From the human T2T-CHM13v2.0 reference genome, Homo sapiens, in the NCBI RefSeq assembly GCF_009914755.1, contig NC_060931.1: a stretch of 64,000 nt of DNA; one strand, given 5' to 3'. Shown here piece after piece: positions 1-22,560 of this stretch (the first letter of the stretch is position 1; the number at the start of each line of letters is the position of its first letter). Below the pieces are notes generated by a model, which worked only from the letters and a program-made list of their open reading frames with translations, was not told the DNA's origin and searched no databases. Position numbers and translations under genes: made by a program.

Positions 1-826
1 CTCTTGGAGCCCCGCACTGGCCCATGTGCACTCCTGCAATCTGCCTCTGACCCCACTGCCTGTCTCCAGGCCAGGCCGTGACTAGCGCAGTGAGAGGCCG
101 CCCACATTCCCCCTCCGTTGTCCCCTGCTTCAAGCAGTGAGATGCAGAGAAAAAGACTGTCAGGGGCAGCGGCCTGGAAGAAAAGGTCGCCAAAGGCTCT
201 GTGCAAAAGACACAAGTGCCCTGTTGCTCAACAATCACGCCCCCATGGTGTCCGCCGACTCCCTCTGGCAGAAAACTTTCTATTCCACAGCACCGCTTCC
301 TCGTCCTCCAGTGTCCAGGTTACTCCCTAGGAAACACATCCTCCCTCTTGTTATTGACTTGTCCTGCCAAAGGTCAGCTCTACCCTGGAGCTGCTCTAGC
401 CAGGGCCTCTCCTGCCAAGAATCAGGGCTCAGAGCAGCTAGGTCACTGGGTCACTCAGACACCAGCCCCCTCTTAGACTGGTTCTTCAGATGCCTCTCCT
501 AGGGGTGGAGAGTTAGGAGCTGAGCGTCAAGATGGCAGGGCTCTTGAGTGCTGCCCCGCACTTGGGAGAGTCACATCTTCACCCTCCCCAAATCAGCAGC
601 AGGAAGCCTGGCTATGCACTCCATTAGCGTGCTTTCTCTACAAAGAGAGGCCAGGTGCTGTGAGCATCCCCAAACCCTTGCTCCGTACCCAAGGTTTTTC
701 TCCCCAGCCTGCCATCCCGTATGCCGTTCTTAATTCTACCATTGTGCCCCCGCTCCGACATTCTCCTCCTTTGCCTCCCCTGTTCCCAGTCTCCTCCATC
801 CCCCAAATAAGACACTCACAGTCAGA

Positions 827-3800
827 GGATGCCACCACATTCTGTTTAGTGTCATTGAACACAGCCTGTAGCCTTCTCCAGCATCACATCCCTCCCACTT
901 CCCCAGGCCAAGAGAGATGCTGAAGCCTGGGTGGGGGACTGGCAGTGGGCATTTGAGCCCATGCCCTTGTGTACATAATCTCTAATATTTATATATATTG
1001 ATATAGAATTCTCTCTATAATATATGTCATAGAATCTCTCTTGGGCCTGGCGTGGGAATGTGACATTAAGAAAACATGCTAAGACTGGCCAGAAAAATGG
1101 ATATTTCCCAGACCTGGAGGATGGTGTGTGGGATGTATAGGTGAGGTCGTGGAGAAGATAATAAACTCATTCCCCAAGATACCCTCTTCAACACAAGGAC
1201 AAGAAGGAAGGTGTGTGGTGGGGGAGGGGACAATGGAGGGGGAGGAGTGGAAGATTTGGATTTTCATTTAATAAAGTCAATTGAAAATGAAAGTGCACCC
1301 CCCCTCCAAAAAAAGAAAATCATTTAGCAAGAGCAGTTTCATTCACAAGAATATAAAAACAGCCCTGTTCCAGGACTGCTGTAAAACGTGCTGCACAGCC
1401 TTAACCCCAAAGGAAAAGCAACCCTTTCCCACCCCGAAACAGCCTCTTCCTGCACATGCCCCTCCCCACCCCCTGAAATAGACGATAAGCAACCCCCATG
1501 CACCCTGCCCCCAGCACCAGAAGAGTCCTAAGATGGTCCCAGGCCAGCTCCTCAGTCTCCCTCTTCAGAGCGAGTAGGAGCTCCTTGCAGAAGACAGACC
1601 CCCACCTGACTTCCATCTGCAGCAATATGCCAGCACCCTGGGGAAAGCAGGTTCATGTATGAACCCTGCTAGAGTCCTTCAGATCTTTAGTCATCTTTTG
1701 TCAGGGACCATTTGGCTTCCTTGGGAAAGGGAAGGAGGAACGAAAGCTGCTGTGGTCTACCTTTCCTAACTCCCCCGGGCCTGAGCAAAAACGAACTGTA
1801 ATGAATGAACGCACTCACTAGGTGAGCTGTCCACCGTGGTCTGGGGGTATGATATGGGCACTGAGAGGATGAGACGACAGGAAGAGGTGATGTGGGAATA
1901 GCACACATTGGAGAAGGTGAGGAACCAGGGACCCCATGGAAGGAAGGTCACATGAACATGCAAAACCCCAGAGCCTGCAGCAGGAGACGGGTGGGGAATA
2001 GCTGCCAGGGCGGGCATGCTAGACCACCTCTCAGAGCTCCTGGAAATGAGGTCCTGGGACATGGAGTCAGCACACGTTAGCAAGCACAAGAGGACTCTTC
2101 CCCTGTACAGGCAGCATTCGGTTAGGTGACTGCACCTGCCTTGGTTCACCTTGCCTACGCCCATGTTTCCTCCAAAAACCAACCTCAGGATAACCATTGT
2201 CCCCCTTCCATGGAAGACACAGAACCCCCTGCCCTGCTTGCATCCCAGAAGTGTGAGTAAGAGAGTATGAACTTGATGGCGGGACAGGACCATAGATGGA
2301 CAGAAACACCCCAACTCTCAACCTTCTCACTCCAAAATAATAAGTTCTGGGGCCTGGGGGTGAGGGCAAAGTTTGTGCCCAGGGCCAGGAGAGGACAACA
2401 GTGCTCCCTTCCAGCAGAGGATGCAAGTGGTAGGACTCCTGACAGAGTGTGGGTAGGACACAGGCCTGGGAGCCGGAGCCTTGGAAGGGCGTGAGGAAAG
2501 AAGGAGATAGGGCAGTGAGCCTCTTAGGCCTCTCTCTCCTACCCGAACTCTGCCTGTGCCAAGGGCTGGGGAGGGGCTACCTGGGCAGTGGCAGGGCCAA
2601 GTGCTCTCCAACCCCACAGCACCGCTGCTTTGCTCCGCCCATCCTCTGCCTGTGCTCTCACGGTAGTGCTGGGGCGCATATGCTGCTCAGTCCCCACCAG
2701 CATGGATGCCAAGTGTGGGAGGGCAAGCTTGTGCCTCACCATACACCATCCTGGAAGGAAGAATCCGCTGATTTTCCTCTCTTCCTCTGGTAGGAGGCCT
2801 GGGGAGGCAGGGAGGACAGCTGTGAGGCTGTTTGGGAGTCCTGGGAGGAGCTGAAGAAGGGGCAGAAAGTGCCGAGTGCCCACCCTGGCCCTCAGCTGCA
2901 ACCCTGCCTGGCTGAGGGAGTGACAGCACCGGACTCCTCCCTCCACTCCACTCAACCCTGAGTGCCCAAGAAGTTATAAAAATGTAGAAAAGGCAAAGAG
3001 AAAAGTGTAAACAGCTTCAGAGGACAGGGGTGAATAAGGGGAGACAGCCCTCATGCTCCCCCTGCTGTTGGCGACACCTGCATCCTGCGTTGGTGTATCC
3101 AAGATGGGTGTCCCCACACCCTCCTCAGGCTCCCGGAGCAGGGATGGAAGAAAGCTGAAAGGGAAGCAAGAGCTGGAGCAGCCAGCCCTGGCTGGGTCTT
3201 TTCCCAGATCCTTAGGATCTTCCTTTTAGCCATGGGATATTAAAGATCCCAGAGCAAGGGGCTGTGTTTGTTCTTAGTCTCCTCAGTGACTCTCTTGTCT
3301 CCGGGCAGGCCTTGATAGAAAGAACCACATCCGTGCCCCCTGTAGATCTCAGCTGCCACATCCACCTCCTCCTCGACTCCTGATCTCAGAAGCCAAATGA
3401 CCTGCTGAGGCAGCCTCTCCACCCTCCCCATGGACGTGCCCTTCAGGCAGCCTCCCCTGCGCCTGTCCAGCCATGTCCAACAGCCCCTGAGGTCTGTTCT
3501 CTCAGTAGGGATGAGCTGGGGCCACAGCCAGAGAAAACAGAGTTGGGAAAAGCAAGAGTGAAATGGAGAAAGGAGGCATTCAGACAGCAGAGTTACGGCT
3601 CCTGGAAGACGAAATCGGGGCGTGAAGAACTGAGATCCAGTCTTGAGCACAGCTGCGCTGCCCCCGTCCTCAGGGTGCACACACTGGAGGCTTTGTCGGC
3701 ACAGACCCAGAAGCCCACAGCCCAGGTCCTTCTCCACAGCCACACCAAGCTCACGGCCATCTAGTTGCCCAGGTCTCAGTTCCCAGGCCTGTGGGTTTCT

Positions 3801-3979
3801 AGAGTGTAAGCCTGGATAAAATCCCATCCTGGTCCTCCATTTCCAGGAGAGGACTGGAAGCTCCTGGGTTCCCCAATGTTGTCTGCCCAGTTTCAGCTGT
3901 ACTGCTGGGGGGAGGGAGGGTATGGGTCACAGCCATGGCCCTCAGGTGGGAGTGGAAGGCAGGGCATTGGGGGAGGAAA
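827..3979 (-). other. FAM131B: FAM131B 3' UTR (about 3 kb; 3' end approximate)
   Basis: Follows the stop codon; minus-strand variant poly(A) signals ATTAAA (1267-1272) and ACTAAA (845-850). Confidence 0.6.
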
Positions 3980-10033
<6,054 letters not shown>

Positions 10034-10194
10034 GGCTCCGGGGGCCGCAGAGCCGGGCCCTCACCGACTCGGGGCGCGCGCCGGGGGGAGCACCGGGAGC
10101 CGCGCCGCCGCCCCAGCCGCTCTGCAGCGCCGCGGCTGTCTCCGCTCGGCTCCGCTCCCCCCTCCCCTCTCCATCCCTCCCCACGGCAGCTCCG

Positions 10195-10196
<2 letters not shown>

Positions 10197-10226
<30 letters not shown>
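10197..10226. repeat. (GCC)10 / (GGC)10 trinucleotide repeat
   Basis: Ten uninterrupted GCC units counted directly. Confidence 0.97.
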
Positions 10227-13031
10227 TGGCTCCCCCGCCCCGGCTCGGCTCGCCGCGGCCGGGGAGGGGGCGGCCCGGGGATTGGCTGCGCCCCGCGCCT
10301 CCCCGCCCCTGCTCCGGCCGTGCCGGGGCGCTCCCTCGGGGATCTGGGGCCGCCGTCGCCGCCCCCCTCCTCCCGCCCGTGCCAAGCCCCGCTCCCGGGG
10401 CTCTCTCCTGGAGAACCCCGGCTTGGGTTTCAGGAGCCGAGGCACGAACCCAGGGCCTACCCCGAGGTTCTGGTTGATGGATTTTGCGGGCCGGGGTCAG
10501 GGGATGCCCTGAGAGAAAGTGGGGTGGTGGTGAGAATAAAGCCAGGCCCAAGGGCCTTTGGCCACCAAATTCCGCAAACACTTGTTTTCCTCCTGGGGCC
10601 GCATCTGGGACACACACAGGAACGTGATTGGACACAGCTTTGGGCTCTGTTGTTTCGAGTGCGCTATTTTGTCCATCCAAACAGAAGGTGAAGTCTTTGC
10701 AAGTGAATCGTGTAGTCCACTTCTCTGTGCTCGCTGGACATTCAGGGGTGGGTGTGGGGATGTGCAGATAGTTGACCTCCAGGCCTGGTTGGGGATTGGA
10801 GAATATGAGGAGGACAGTTCATTCGCAGTAGACTAACAACAATGTCAGGACCCGAGGCTGGCTAGGAGACATCGTCTTGAATCCAGTTTAACTTTTCTGA
10901 GACGTGATCTTCTCGGACAAATGAAAGCAAGGCGGTCCCGAAGCAGCAAAGAGAGAGAAAGATTGGCCTCTGGCTAGTGGGACTGGGCCAGGTAGATACC
11001 TCAAGCCCCATGGGGAGGAGATGAAGGTCTAAGTTGCAAGGGTTAAATGAGCACTGTGGTTACAGCAGGTAAGAAGTGGAGTCCAGAAAAGATGCATGAG
11101 AAAGGGCAAGGAGACCCTTTTGTCTAAGGTGTACCCAGAAAGCCCAAAGTGTGAGAGAGTGGGCAGGCGGGCATTCACAGAAGCAAGTGCCCATCCAGGC
11201 TCTGACTGCACCTCGCCCACTTTTAGGTCTCTCCGAGGTTGCAGAGAGAGAAGGCAATGGGCCAGGGGTCCCTGGTGTGGGCTCCTAACAGGGAGGCTAA
11301 GTCTTATGGATGCAACTTTCTAACCTTTAGATTATGAATGGAGAGCTACATCCCATGGGGTGGCAGATGAAGATGTGCAAGAAGAAGACACTAACAACTG
11401 AATTGCAGATTGAGGAGATGAGATTATGGTGACAGAATCCATCTTCGGTGTATGTGCATGAAGAAATAAGCCAAATCTACATCTATAAAACCGCGGGAAG
11501 GAATGAGATAATAATCAGTTGCAGGTCTGCTTAGATTTTAATCGTTTAGTGTAGTTCGTGGCAGGGTCTGATACCCTATTTCAATAGTGGAGAGAATTAG
11601 AAAGCATTTTCTTTTTTCATATCTACTATTATTGGTTATATAAAAGAAGTATCAAATGGTTTCTGCTTTCATGGAATATACTGTCCAGTCGCAAAGGAAA
11701 GAAGATGGAGAGATGATTAAAAAAAAAAAAAAGAACAAACAGCTTCCATTATTCTAGCAATGCCCACACACCCCTATTATTTGAGCAGAGAAAACGCTGA
11801 CAGGGGACTGGCCAGGTAAGGAGGAACAGACCACGTGGCCATTATGCTCTTGCCTTCCCACCTGAAACTTCTGTCTCCTTATGGCTCTCCCTGAGTAATA
11901 CATATATTTATATATGACTACGTATCTCTTACTGTGGTTCCAACTTGGATGCAAACCTCTCCCCTTGGTCTCCTTAACACAACTATATAAGGCTGCATTT
12001 ATCCAAATGATTTAACATGAGGGATTCCAGGTCTTGGAGACTCAGTCCCATCTTGCATTCTGTCTTGAAGGTATTTCCAGTCCCTCCCCACTACCCACAC
12101 AAAAAAAGTAAAATATTCTAGGCATATTCCTGGCCAGCTTCCTTCCTGCTCCCTATAGGTCTTCTTATACAAGGATTCTGCTACTTCTCACTAGTTAAGG
12201 CCATTGTCCCAGTCTCCTTGCCAAAGAGGTCCAGGGCACAAAAAAAGTTTAAGAACTTCTGGACTTTAAATACATACTTGGCGGGGGGGTTCTCTAATTC
12301 TGCAGGGGCTTAACCCCCAAATAAAATGATCAGGCAAGACACTTATCCCATTTTGAAGCTGGGGTCCCCAGGAATAATTGTAGGTACTTCGGTGGTACCT
12401 GCAGGATTGAAAGAAGGTACCAAAGCTTCACACTGATCCCCACAAATGGAGAGATGGCTCCAAAACACAACTTAATCAAGTGTTCCTTTTATTTTATTGG
12501 GATATATTAGATCAAAGTTAAAGGTCTATGAAAAGATTCAACTGAGAAAGGGAAGCTCAAAGTACAAGAGAGGGGAAGATTAATTAATATTGAATGTAAA
12601 TTCCTAAAACCACCTGGAGGGATGGGAGCAGAGCTCAGGGAGGGGGATGAGACTGTACAGGAGGAGCCCAGCTCTTCTTCCAGCAGCAGGGAAGACGGGG
12701 CAGATGCCAGTGGGCTGCATGTTTGGTGTCGGGAGAATGAGGGATTCCCATCTGACGGCATCTACTTTCTCTGACAAGAAGGAGGCAAGATCATTTATTG
12801 AGAGTCAGAATGAGAGAGATAGAGAAAAAAATAAAACTCACTTTAAAGTGCAAATATCAATATACAATTGATTTAAAGAATAGAGTTTTCAGTCTATTCT
12901 TCCAAACCTCTAAGAAAGATATTCTTCTTGCATTGCAGTTGAGAGAACTGGGGCTGATAATTCAATTAACTTCCTTTTCCCTAAGATTTCCCAGTTGGAA
13001 AGAGAAAAAGCTAGCACTTTTTTGTTTGGCA

Positions 13032-13481
<450 letters not shown>

Positions 13482-13951
13482 AAAAAAGCCAGCATTTAAA
13501 CTCAGCTCCTCAGAGGGAAAATCTATTCTGGATGTTGTAGAAAGTGCTTTATTTGTTCACTTAAAAAAACTAAAGTTACTCAACTCAGGACATTTGAATG
13601 GATACACGTTCTTTCACGCTTGTCTTTTTTTAATTAAGGTGGGACCATAAACTGAAGAGAGGAATACATCTATCTACATTTCTAAATTTTGAAATGGGAA
13701 AGCAATGATCTTTCTTCAGAGTGATTTGTAGCAATAAGTCTTTGGTGCTTTCATAAAATACTGATGATAAGTGTCTTAGTCCCTACTTATCAATGTCCTT
13801 GTATGGTGTTAGAGTATCTATCTTCAGGCAGCCCTGAAGATCAGTCAGCTTTGGGGCACTCCTAGTGGTTCTCAAATACCCTATTTGCTAAAGGCCAGAA
13901 GTGAGAGTGCTGATGCTGGAAAACATTGGTAAGAATAGTCTTGGGGACTAG

Positions 13952-14289
<338 letters not shown>

Positions 14290-14713
14290 TGAGGTCTGTT
14301 TTCTTTAAAATGAGAATGATTTCCTAAATATTCAGTCAACAGGAGGACCAAGAGTGGGGTTTAGGGGCATTAGGTTGCTGACAAGGGACCCCATTCATAC
14401 ACAGGGGCAGACTCAGAGGCAAGTCATGGATGAGTGCAGATGTTTGTAGTGTGTAAGTTGTATTCCCACATAGTAGGAAGTGGCCACAGAATCTGTCCTA
14501 GTGGTCGATATAGTTCTCCCCCGACCCCTACCTGCCATCCCCAGCTGGTTTCCCAGAGTAATCAACAGATGAGGGTCCTGGCCATTGTGCTGGGGCACAG
14601 CAAGTTTGCTGAGGAAGGATGGCTCAGCCAGTTAGTTATAGAGGATGAGAGGGTCCATGGCAGAAGTTCTGTGGTTTCAGCGTTGGTGGTGGGGACAAAA
14701 AGCCCTCACATTA

Positions 14714-15159
<446 letters not shown>

Positions 15160-16763
15160 TTATCGGCATGGGCAAACGTGGCAGGCACATTCTCCTTAGT
15201 GTAGTCCCCAGGCGCACACCTCCATGAGCCAAAGCCCTCCTGCATGGGCAGGTCAATGTCCCCAAATCACGTTCTGTAGGATTCAGCAGAAGAGAATGCC
15301 CAGACAACTGCTTCTTTGGTGACTGTCATAGAGCCTATGCTTCAGATGACCAAGGGGATGCATTTGCCCTGTGTTTTCTTTGGGAAGCACATTTGTGGGA
15401 AAGCCTGCAACCCCTACTGCAGATTTAGGGGTTCCATCCAAACATTCTGATAAGAAAGGCCAAGCCAGCAGATCGCGCCTGCATATCTGCCAGAGAGCCT
15501 GGAAGAATGTCAGCGCTTTCCTGCTGCTTCCTGGTCAGGTCCCAAGCACACACAGCACCTCAGGGTGTCCTCACCATGACCAGGCCACAAGCAGCAGCGA
15601 CCAGGCAGGATGCCAGGACCAAGGAGGCAGGGCATAGAGTCTGGGCAACCATGAGTCAGAGGCCAGGTGGGTAGTAAAAAATGGAGTTCATAAATCCCAG
15701 AGAGAAGAACCAGATGGGATTTTTAAAGGTCAAGCCAATCCCAGAGCACTGACAAAGAGAGGGAAAGATCAAATAAAGAATACAAGGCAGTTGTTTGTTC
15801 CAGCCTCAGTAGGCCTATCTGCCAGTTTTATATTCCTTCCTCCATGGAGAACCAATGAGAACCAGGAACTGGAAGGCTTGTCCTGATTGTCTCCGATGCC
15901 TGCCTGTCTAGTATTTATGAACTCAGGGGAGAGGGGCAACAGATGTCATATCACACCTCTGAAGCCTCCCTGTCTCCCCTGCTGGGACCCTTTAGCCCTC
16001 ACCTGTATGCACATTCCTCTAGGAGAGAGCTCCTGCCTTGTGCTTACAAGCCATCCTCCCCAGCTTCTGCCTCTGAACCACAGCCTGATGGTTGAGGCTC
16101 TATTACTACCTGTCAGACTTCTCTATCACCAGGCACAGCTGACAGCCTACCTCTCAGATTCCTGGATATATTTTCCTTCTGAGTTCCCCAGTTCTTTTCC
16201 TTTGCTAGCTTTTGGGATATCCTGCAACTTCAGCTTGGATTCCTCTTACAAACACTTGTTTGGACGGAGATCTGTTTCAGCTACAAAGTCTAACTACCTG
16301 AAACCTTTTATCCTTTCCTGCAACTGATCCTGTTCCTAAATAATGTGTTTAATACATAGTGGGTAGATGTAGCTCCAGTTGGCTATGTCTTTATTTAAGT
16401 GAGCCAATCAAGTCCAGAGAAAAAACAGTGAAGGCATTTTCCCGACAGTGAAAGAGTGGTGGATATATAGGGCATTAGTTACAGATGACTGAGTGTTAAA
16501 ACTGGTTGAATACTTAGAAATCAAGTTCCTTGCTGTACTTCCACAGACAAGGAAAATTCACCTCTCAGATTTTTACAGTCACACACTTAGTAAGTGGCTG
16601 AGTTAGTAAGTGGCTGAACTGTAACCAAAATTCAGGTCCTCTAATTCTTAGTCTAACATTCTTTTCCCTATCCTAAGATGCACCCCTAAAGCTATGTTAC
16701 ATTATTTTTCTATGACTTTTATTATAACATTAAGCCCTGTTGAAATAAGCTCAGGCCTCATAA

Positions 16764-17122
<359 letters not shown>

Positions 17123-17793
17123 GTTTTAAGCGAGTAGATCTCCTCATAAGCATTCTTACCAACCACAATAAAATTAAAAGAAAAAAAAAGACCATTGTTC
17201 TTTCTAACTTAGGAGTTCAGAGCTCATTTAAGAATGGGTACTTAATCCTAGTGTATAGGTTCAGACCACCGTTTGGTTAAGGTTTTGTGATGGTGATAAG
17301 CTAATAGGGACAAGGCATTGCTCTCCTGGGTGGGGGTCCACTTGAAAGCTGTTCACTCACTGAATCAATCAATCACAATTATCCTGCCAGGGCACCCACA
17401 CAGGCAGGAAGGTCCAAAGGACACTGGAAATTTTGAACGCCAGGTGCTGGGTGTTTCTCTCTTTAACTTAAAGAAGAATTTCCTTTCCAACCTCTTTGTT
17501 CATGTATATGCATGAGGTGGCTAGTGGTAGTCAAGCCTGAATTTTATTACTGATGGTGGAAAACTGTGTTGGGGGCAGGGCCAAGGAATGCAAGCAATGT
17601 CTTCCTTCTAAGGTGGGAGCTGGAATTTGCCCCTTGATCTTTCTCTTCCTGGAGCTCTAGTTTCTCTCACAGCCAAAATTTTTGAAAGAGCTGCCGGCAC
17701 TCATCTTCTCCATTTCCTTACTTCTCTGCACTCCTCAACTTACCCAATCTGGCATCTTCACTCTACTGAAGCAGCTCACACGGGGGGCTCCCC

Positions 17794-18338
17794 TGTCAGA
17801 GGCAATTGAACCAGAGCAACTCCATCTTGAATAGGAGCTGGGTAAAACAAGGCTAAGACCTGCTGGGCTGTGTTCCCAGACGGTTATGGCATTCTAAGTC
17901 ACAGGATGAGATAAAAAGTTAGCACAAGACATAGGTCATAAAGATCTTGCTGATAAAACAGGTTGCAGTAAAGAAGCTGACTAAAACCCGCCAAAACCGA
18001 AATGGCGACGAGAGTAACCTCTGGTCTTCACTGCTACCCTCCCACCAGCGCCAACAAATGCCATGGCGACCTCAGGAAATTACCTTATGGTCTAAAATGG
18101 GGAGGTATGAATAACCTACCCCTTGTTTAGCATATAATTTAAAAAAATACACACACATGAAAATGGGCAACCAGCAGCCCTCAGGGCTGCTCTGTGTGTG
18201 TAGTAGCCATTCTTTATTCCTTTATTTTCCTAATAAACTTGCTTTTACTTTCCTCTATGGACTCGCCCTGAGTTCCTTCTTGTGCGAGATCCAAGAACCC
18301 TCTCTTGGGGTCTGGATTGGGACTTCTTTCCAGTAACA
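17794..18338 (+). mobile_element. Solo LTR, MER41A-like (ERV1)
   Basis: TGTCAGAGGC...GAACCAGAGCAACTCCATCTTG start, AATAAA, ...GTAACA end; lacks the TTCCGGGAA segment of MER41B. Confidence 0.85.
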
Positions 18339-18509
18339 CCCTTAGCCTCCATGTTAACAGATTTTGTTCATTTCTAACCTTAAGTGGCACATCAGGGGCA
18401 TTTCATACCCTCGTGAGGGACTCATGGTTACTCCCTCATTCCCAAACACTCTTTCTTGGTTCTCCTCTTGACTTTCCGGCTGCTCCTTCTTTGTCTTTTT
18501 TTGTTAGTT

Positions 18510-19350
<841 letters not shown>

Positions 19351-19949
19351 ATGTGGGATTAGTTTGATTTGATGTAGGTAGAGCCTAGGAAAGGTTTTTT
19401 TTCAATTTGTTTAATTTTCTCCTTGCAACAGGAAGCAAGGCATCAGCTATGCATGAGGATGTGGAAGGAGATGTGGAGAGAGAGGAGAAGGTCTAGAAGC
19501 CTTCTGAGAGAGTCAGAGTGGGAGAGTGGATGGAAAAACGAGACTGGTATGTTTATCAGGACGTAGAAAGGTCAGATGGCATCTGCAGCTCACAGCCATG
19601 GAGTTTACAATGAGATCTGTCAGAAGGGCTGTATGTTTTTCTGTAGCGCCACCCAGCTGTGTGGGTGCAGGCATGGAGTTGGTAGAATTGGACTCAGCCC
19701 AGGCTGGGGTTTTGCCAAGTGAGCACCACAGGGTGAGAAAGAGGCACAGGAAGTTGAGACAGATGTAAGGGAGTGACTGTAATGATTGTCCAGGAAATGT
19801 GAGCTGGTATGGACGTGAATGGCAAGTTCCAGTGGGCCAAGGGATTGTCGAAGCACAAAAAGAGAATGACTAGAAAAATAGAAGGAGCTGGTTGGAGAAA
19901 GTGTGGCTTAAAATTAGGATTGTACAGAGATGGCTCAGGGTCTATTTAG

Positions 19950-20530
<581 letters not shown>

Positions 20531-20809
20531 GGCCAGGCACCGTGGCTCACGTCTGTAATGTCAGCACTTTGGGAAGCTGAGGCAGGTGGATCACTTGAGG
20601 TCAGGAGTGCCAGACCAGCCTGACCAACATGGTGAAACCCCATCTCTACTAAAAATACAAAAATTAGTCAGGTGTGGTGGTGCGCACCTGTAATCCCAGC
20701 TACTCAGGAGGCTGAGGCAGGAGAATCGCTTGAACTGGAAGGCAGAGGTTGTAGTGAGCTGAGATCACACCACTGCACTCCAGCCTGGGTGACAGAGCAA
20801 GAGAAAGAA
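20531..20809 (+). mobile_element. AluS
   Basis: Alu consensus. Confidence 0.9.
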
Positions 20810-21599
20810 ATGAGGGTGTGTGACCCAGGGCAACAGATGACTATATAGGATGTGCAGTAGTTGTGTAGTTTAATCACGTGACATTCAAAACTGGGGGATT
20901 TTAGGAAGGAGGGAGGGAGAATTGTCTGGATATAGCAATGAGAGTTCAAAGAGATATCTGTTCCACATTCAGGGCTATGGGGAAAACATTGTCTGCCACC
21001 TGGTGGGGGGCGCTGAGGCGGTGTGTCCTCAGGGATGATCCAGGTTAGAATAAGAAGGAGAGAGGATGCTCAAAAAAGAGGAATGCTTGCTGAAAAGGGC
21101 CTACATGCTCTGAAGGCACCCTGGACTGGTTTTCAGGAGTTGAGCCAGGGACCAAGGTGTAGCAGGAGCTAGGAATTTAGGGCTTCTTTCCATAAGTGAC
21201 ATTCTGGGGTTAATAAAAGGGACTTAATACAGGACTTAATAAAATTAGCTCTGGTGGTCTCCAGGCGAGCAACTGTGGGCAAGGCACTCCTGCGCTCACA
21301 GTGTAGGCAAAGTGGGAGGAGTAAGCATCCTTTCTTTACTGCTGGCAGAGACACAGAGGCCTGGGGAAGAGCAGATGTGCCTTGCATCTGAGTGAGGGTG
21401 ACTTTTACTCAGAAAGTGCATACCTCCCTCTTCCACCTAACCATAAAATGCTAGAATCCAGCAAAGCCCATATCCTAGCCCTCTCGACTGTTCATGCAAT
21501 ATTTGATAGGTGATTTTTTTTTTCAGCCAATAATGGCTTCAAATTGCTATTTGGAGGTAGATGACTTATAAATGTGGATCTTCAGTATAATTTTCTTTT

Positions 21600-22560
21600 C
21601 TCTGCCTTGGACCTGGATATCCTACTGCCCACTGTGCGCCTACTCGTTCTCAGTACGTCCAGAATGAAACACACAATCTCACTCCCAGACCTGTACTTTT
21701 CAGTGGAGAGTGCCACGCTCCACATAGGTACCAACCAGAAGCTGGGATGGGCCTGTGATGTCTCTTTCTCCCTTTGTCCCATTCTTTCTGTGGACGAGTT
21801 CATGTCCTAAAAAGCTCTCTACTCTATCCACTTTTGTCCATTTCCACAAATCTCCTCCCTTTCACCTCGAGCTCTACCAGAACCTTTTAATTGTCCTTCA
21901 CACATCTGCATTGGCCTCTCCTGTGACTCTCCACACTGCCCCTAAGGCGACACTTTCAAAATTCCCAAGTCTCTTCACGCCCCTCTTTTCAATCGAAAAC
22001 TCTGCGGTAGTTCCCCATTGCTCTCAGGATCAAGTTGAAACCCTTTCACATGCTCTGCAACCTCTCTGCACCCACCTGTCCAGCCTTTCCTCACCCTGTA
22101 CCTCCAGTGAGGAATCTCTGTCTTGACACTCCAGCCACACCTACCTGCCTTGGGGTCTCTAGTGCGCCCACAGCTGTCACAGGGCTTTGCAAACACTTCT
22201 CCTTTTGCATGGAATATTCCTCTCCTTCCACTTTGCATACTTAACTTCTGCTTACCGTTCAGATCTCTGCTTGGGCTTCCCTCTCCTGAGCTCCCCAACC
22301 AGGTCACATCTCCCATGTACAGGCTCTACCGGATGCATCCTATTCCTTTCTCTTGAGGTTCCTGTAACAGTTGCAGTTTTGCATTTGTCTGTCATTATTT
22401 AATTAGTGTTTATCTCCCATAGGAGACCCTCCAAAGGCCTGAACTCACCAAGGGCTGAGATCATGCCTGTCTTTGCTCATTATTATGTCCCCAGCACCTA
22501 ACAAACTGTCCTGCACATAGTAGGTGCCCAGTAAATGTTTGCTGAATAAATGAATGAATA
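21600..22560 (+). mobile_element. L2 3' end
   Basis: Terminal CACATAGTAGGTGCCCAGTAAATGTTTGCTGAATAAATGAATGAAT. Confidence 0.65.

Noticed and set aside
1-820. CLCN1 coding sequence
   Set aside because: No chloride-channel-like translation in any listed frame; the gene would end before this window
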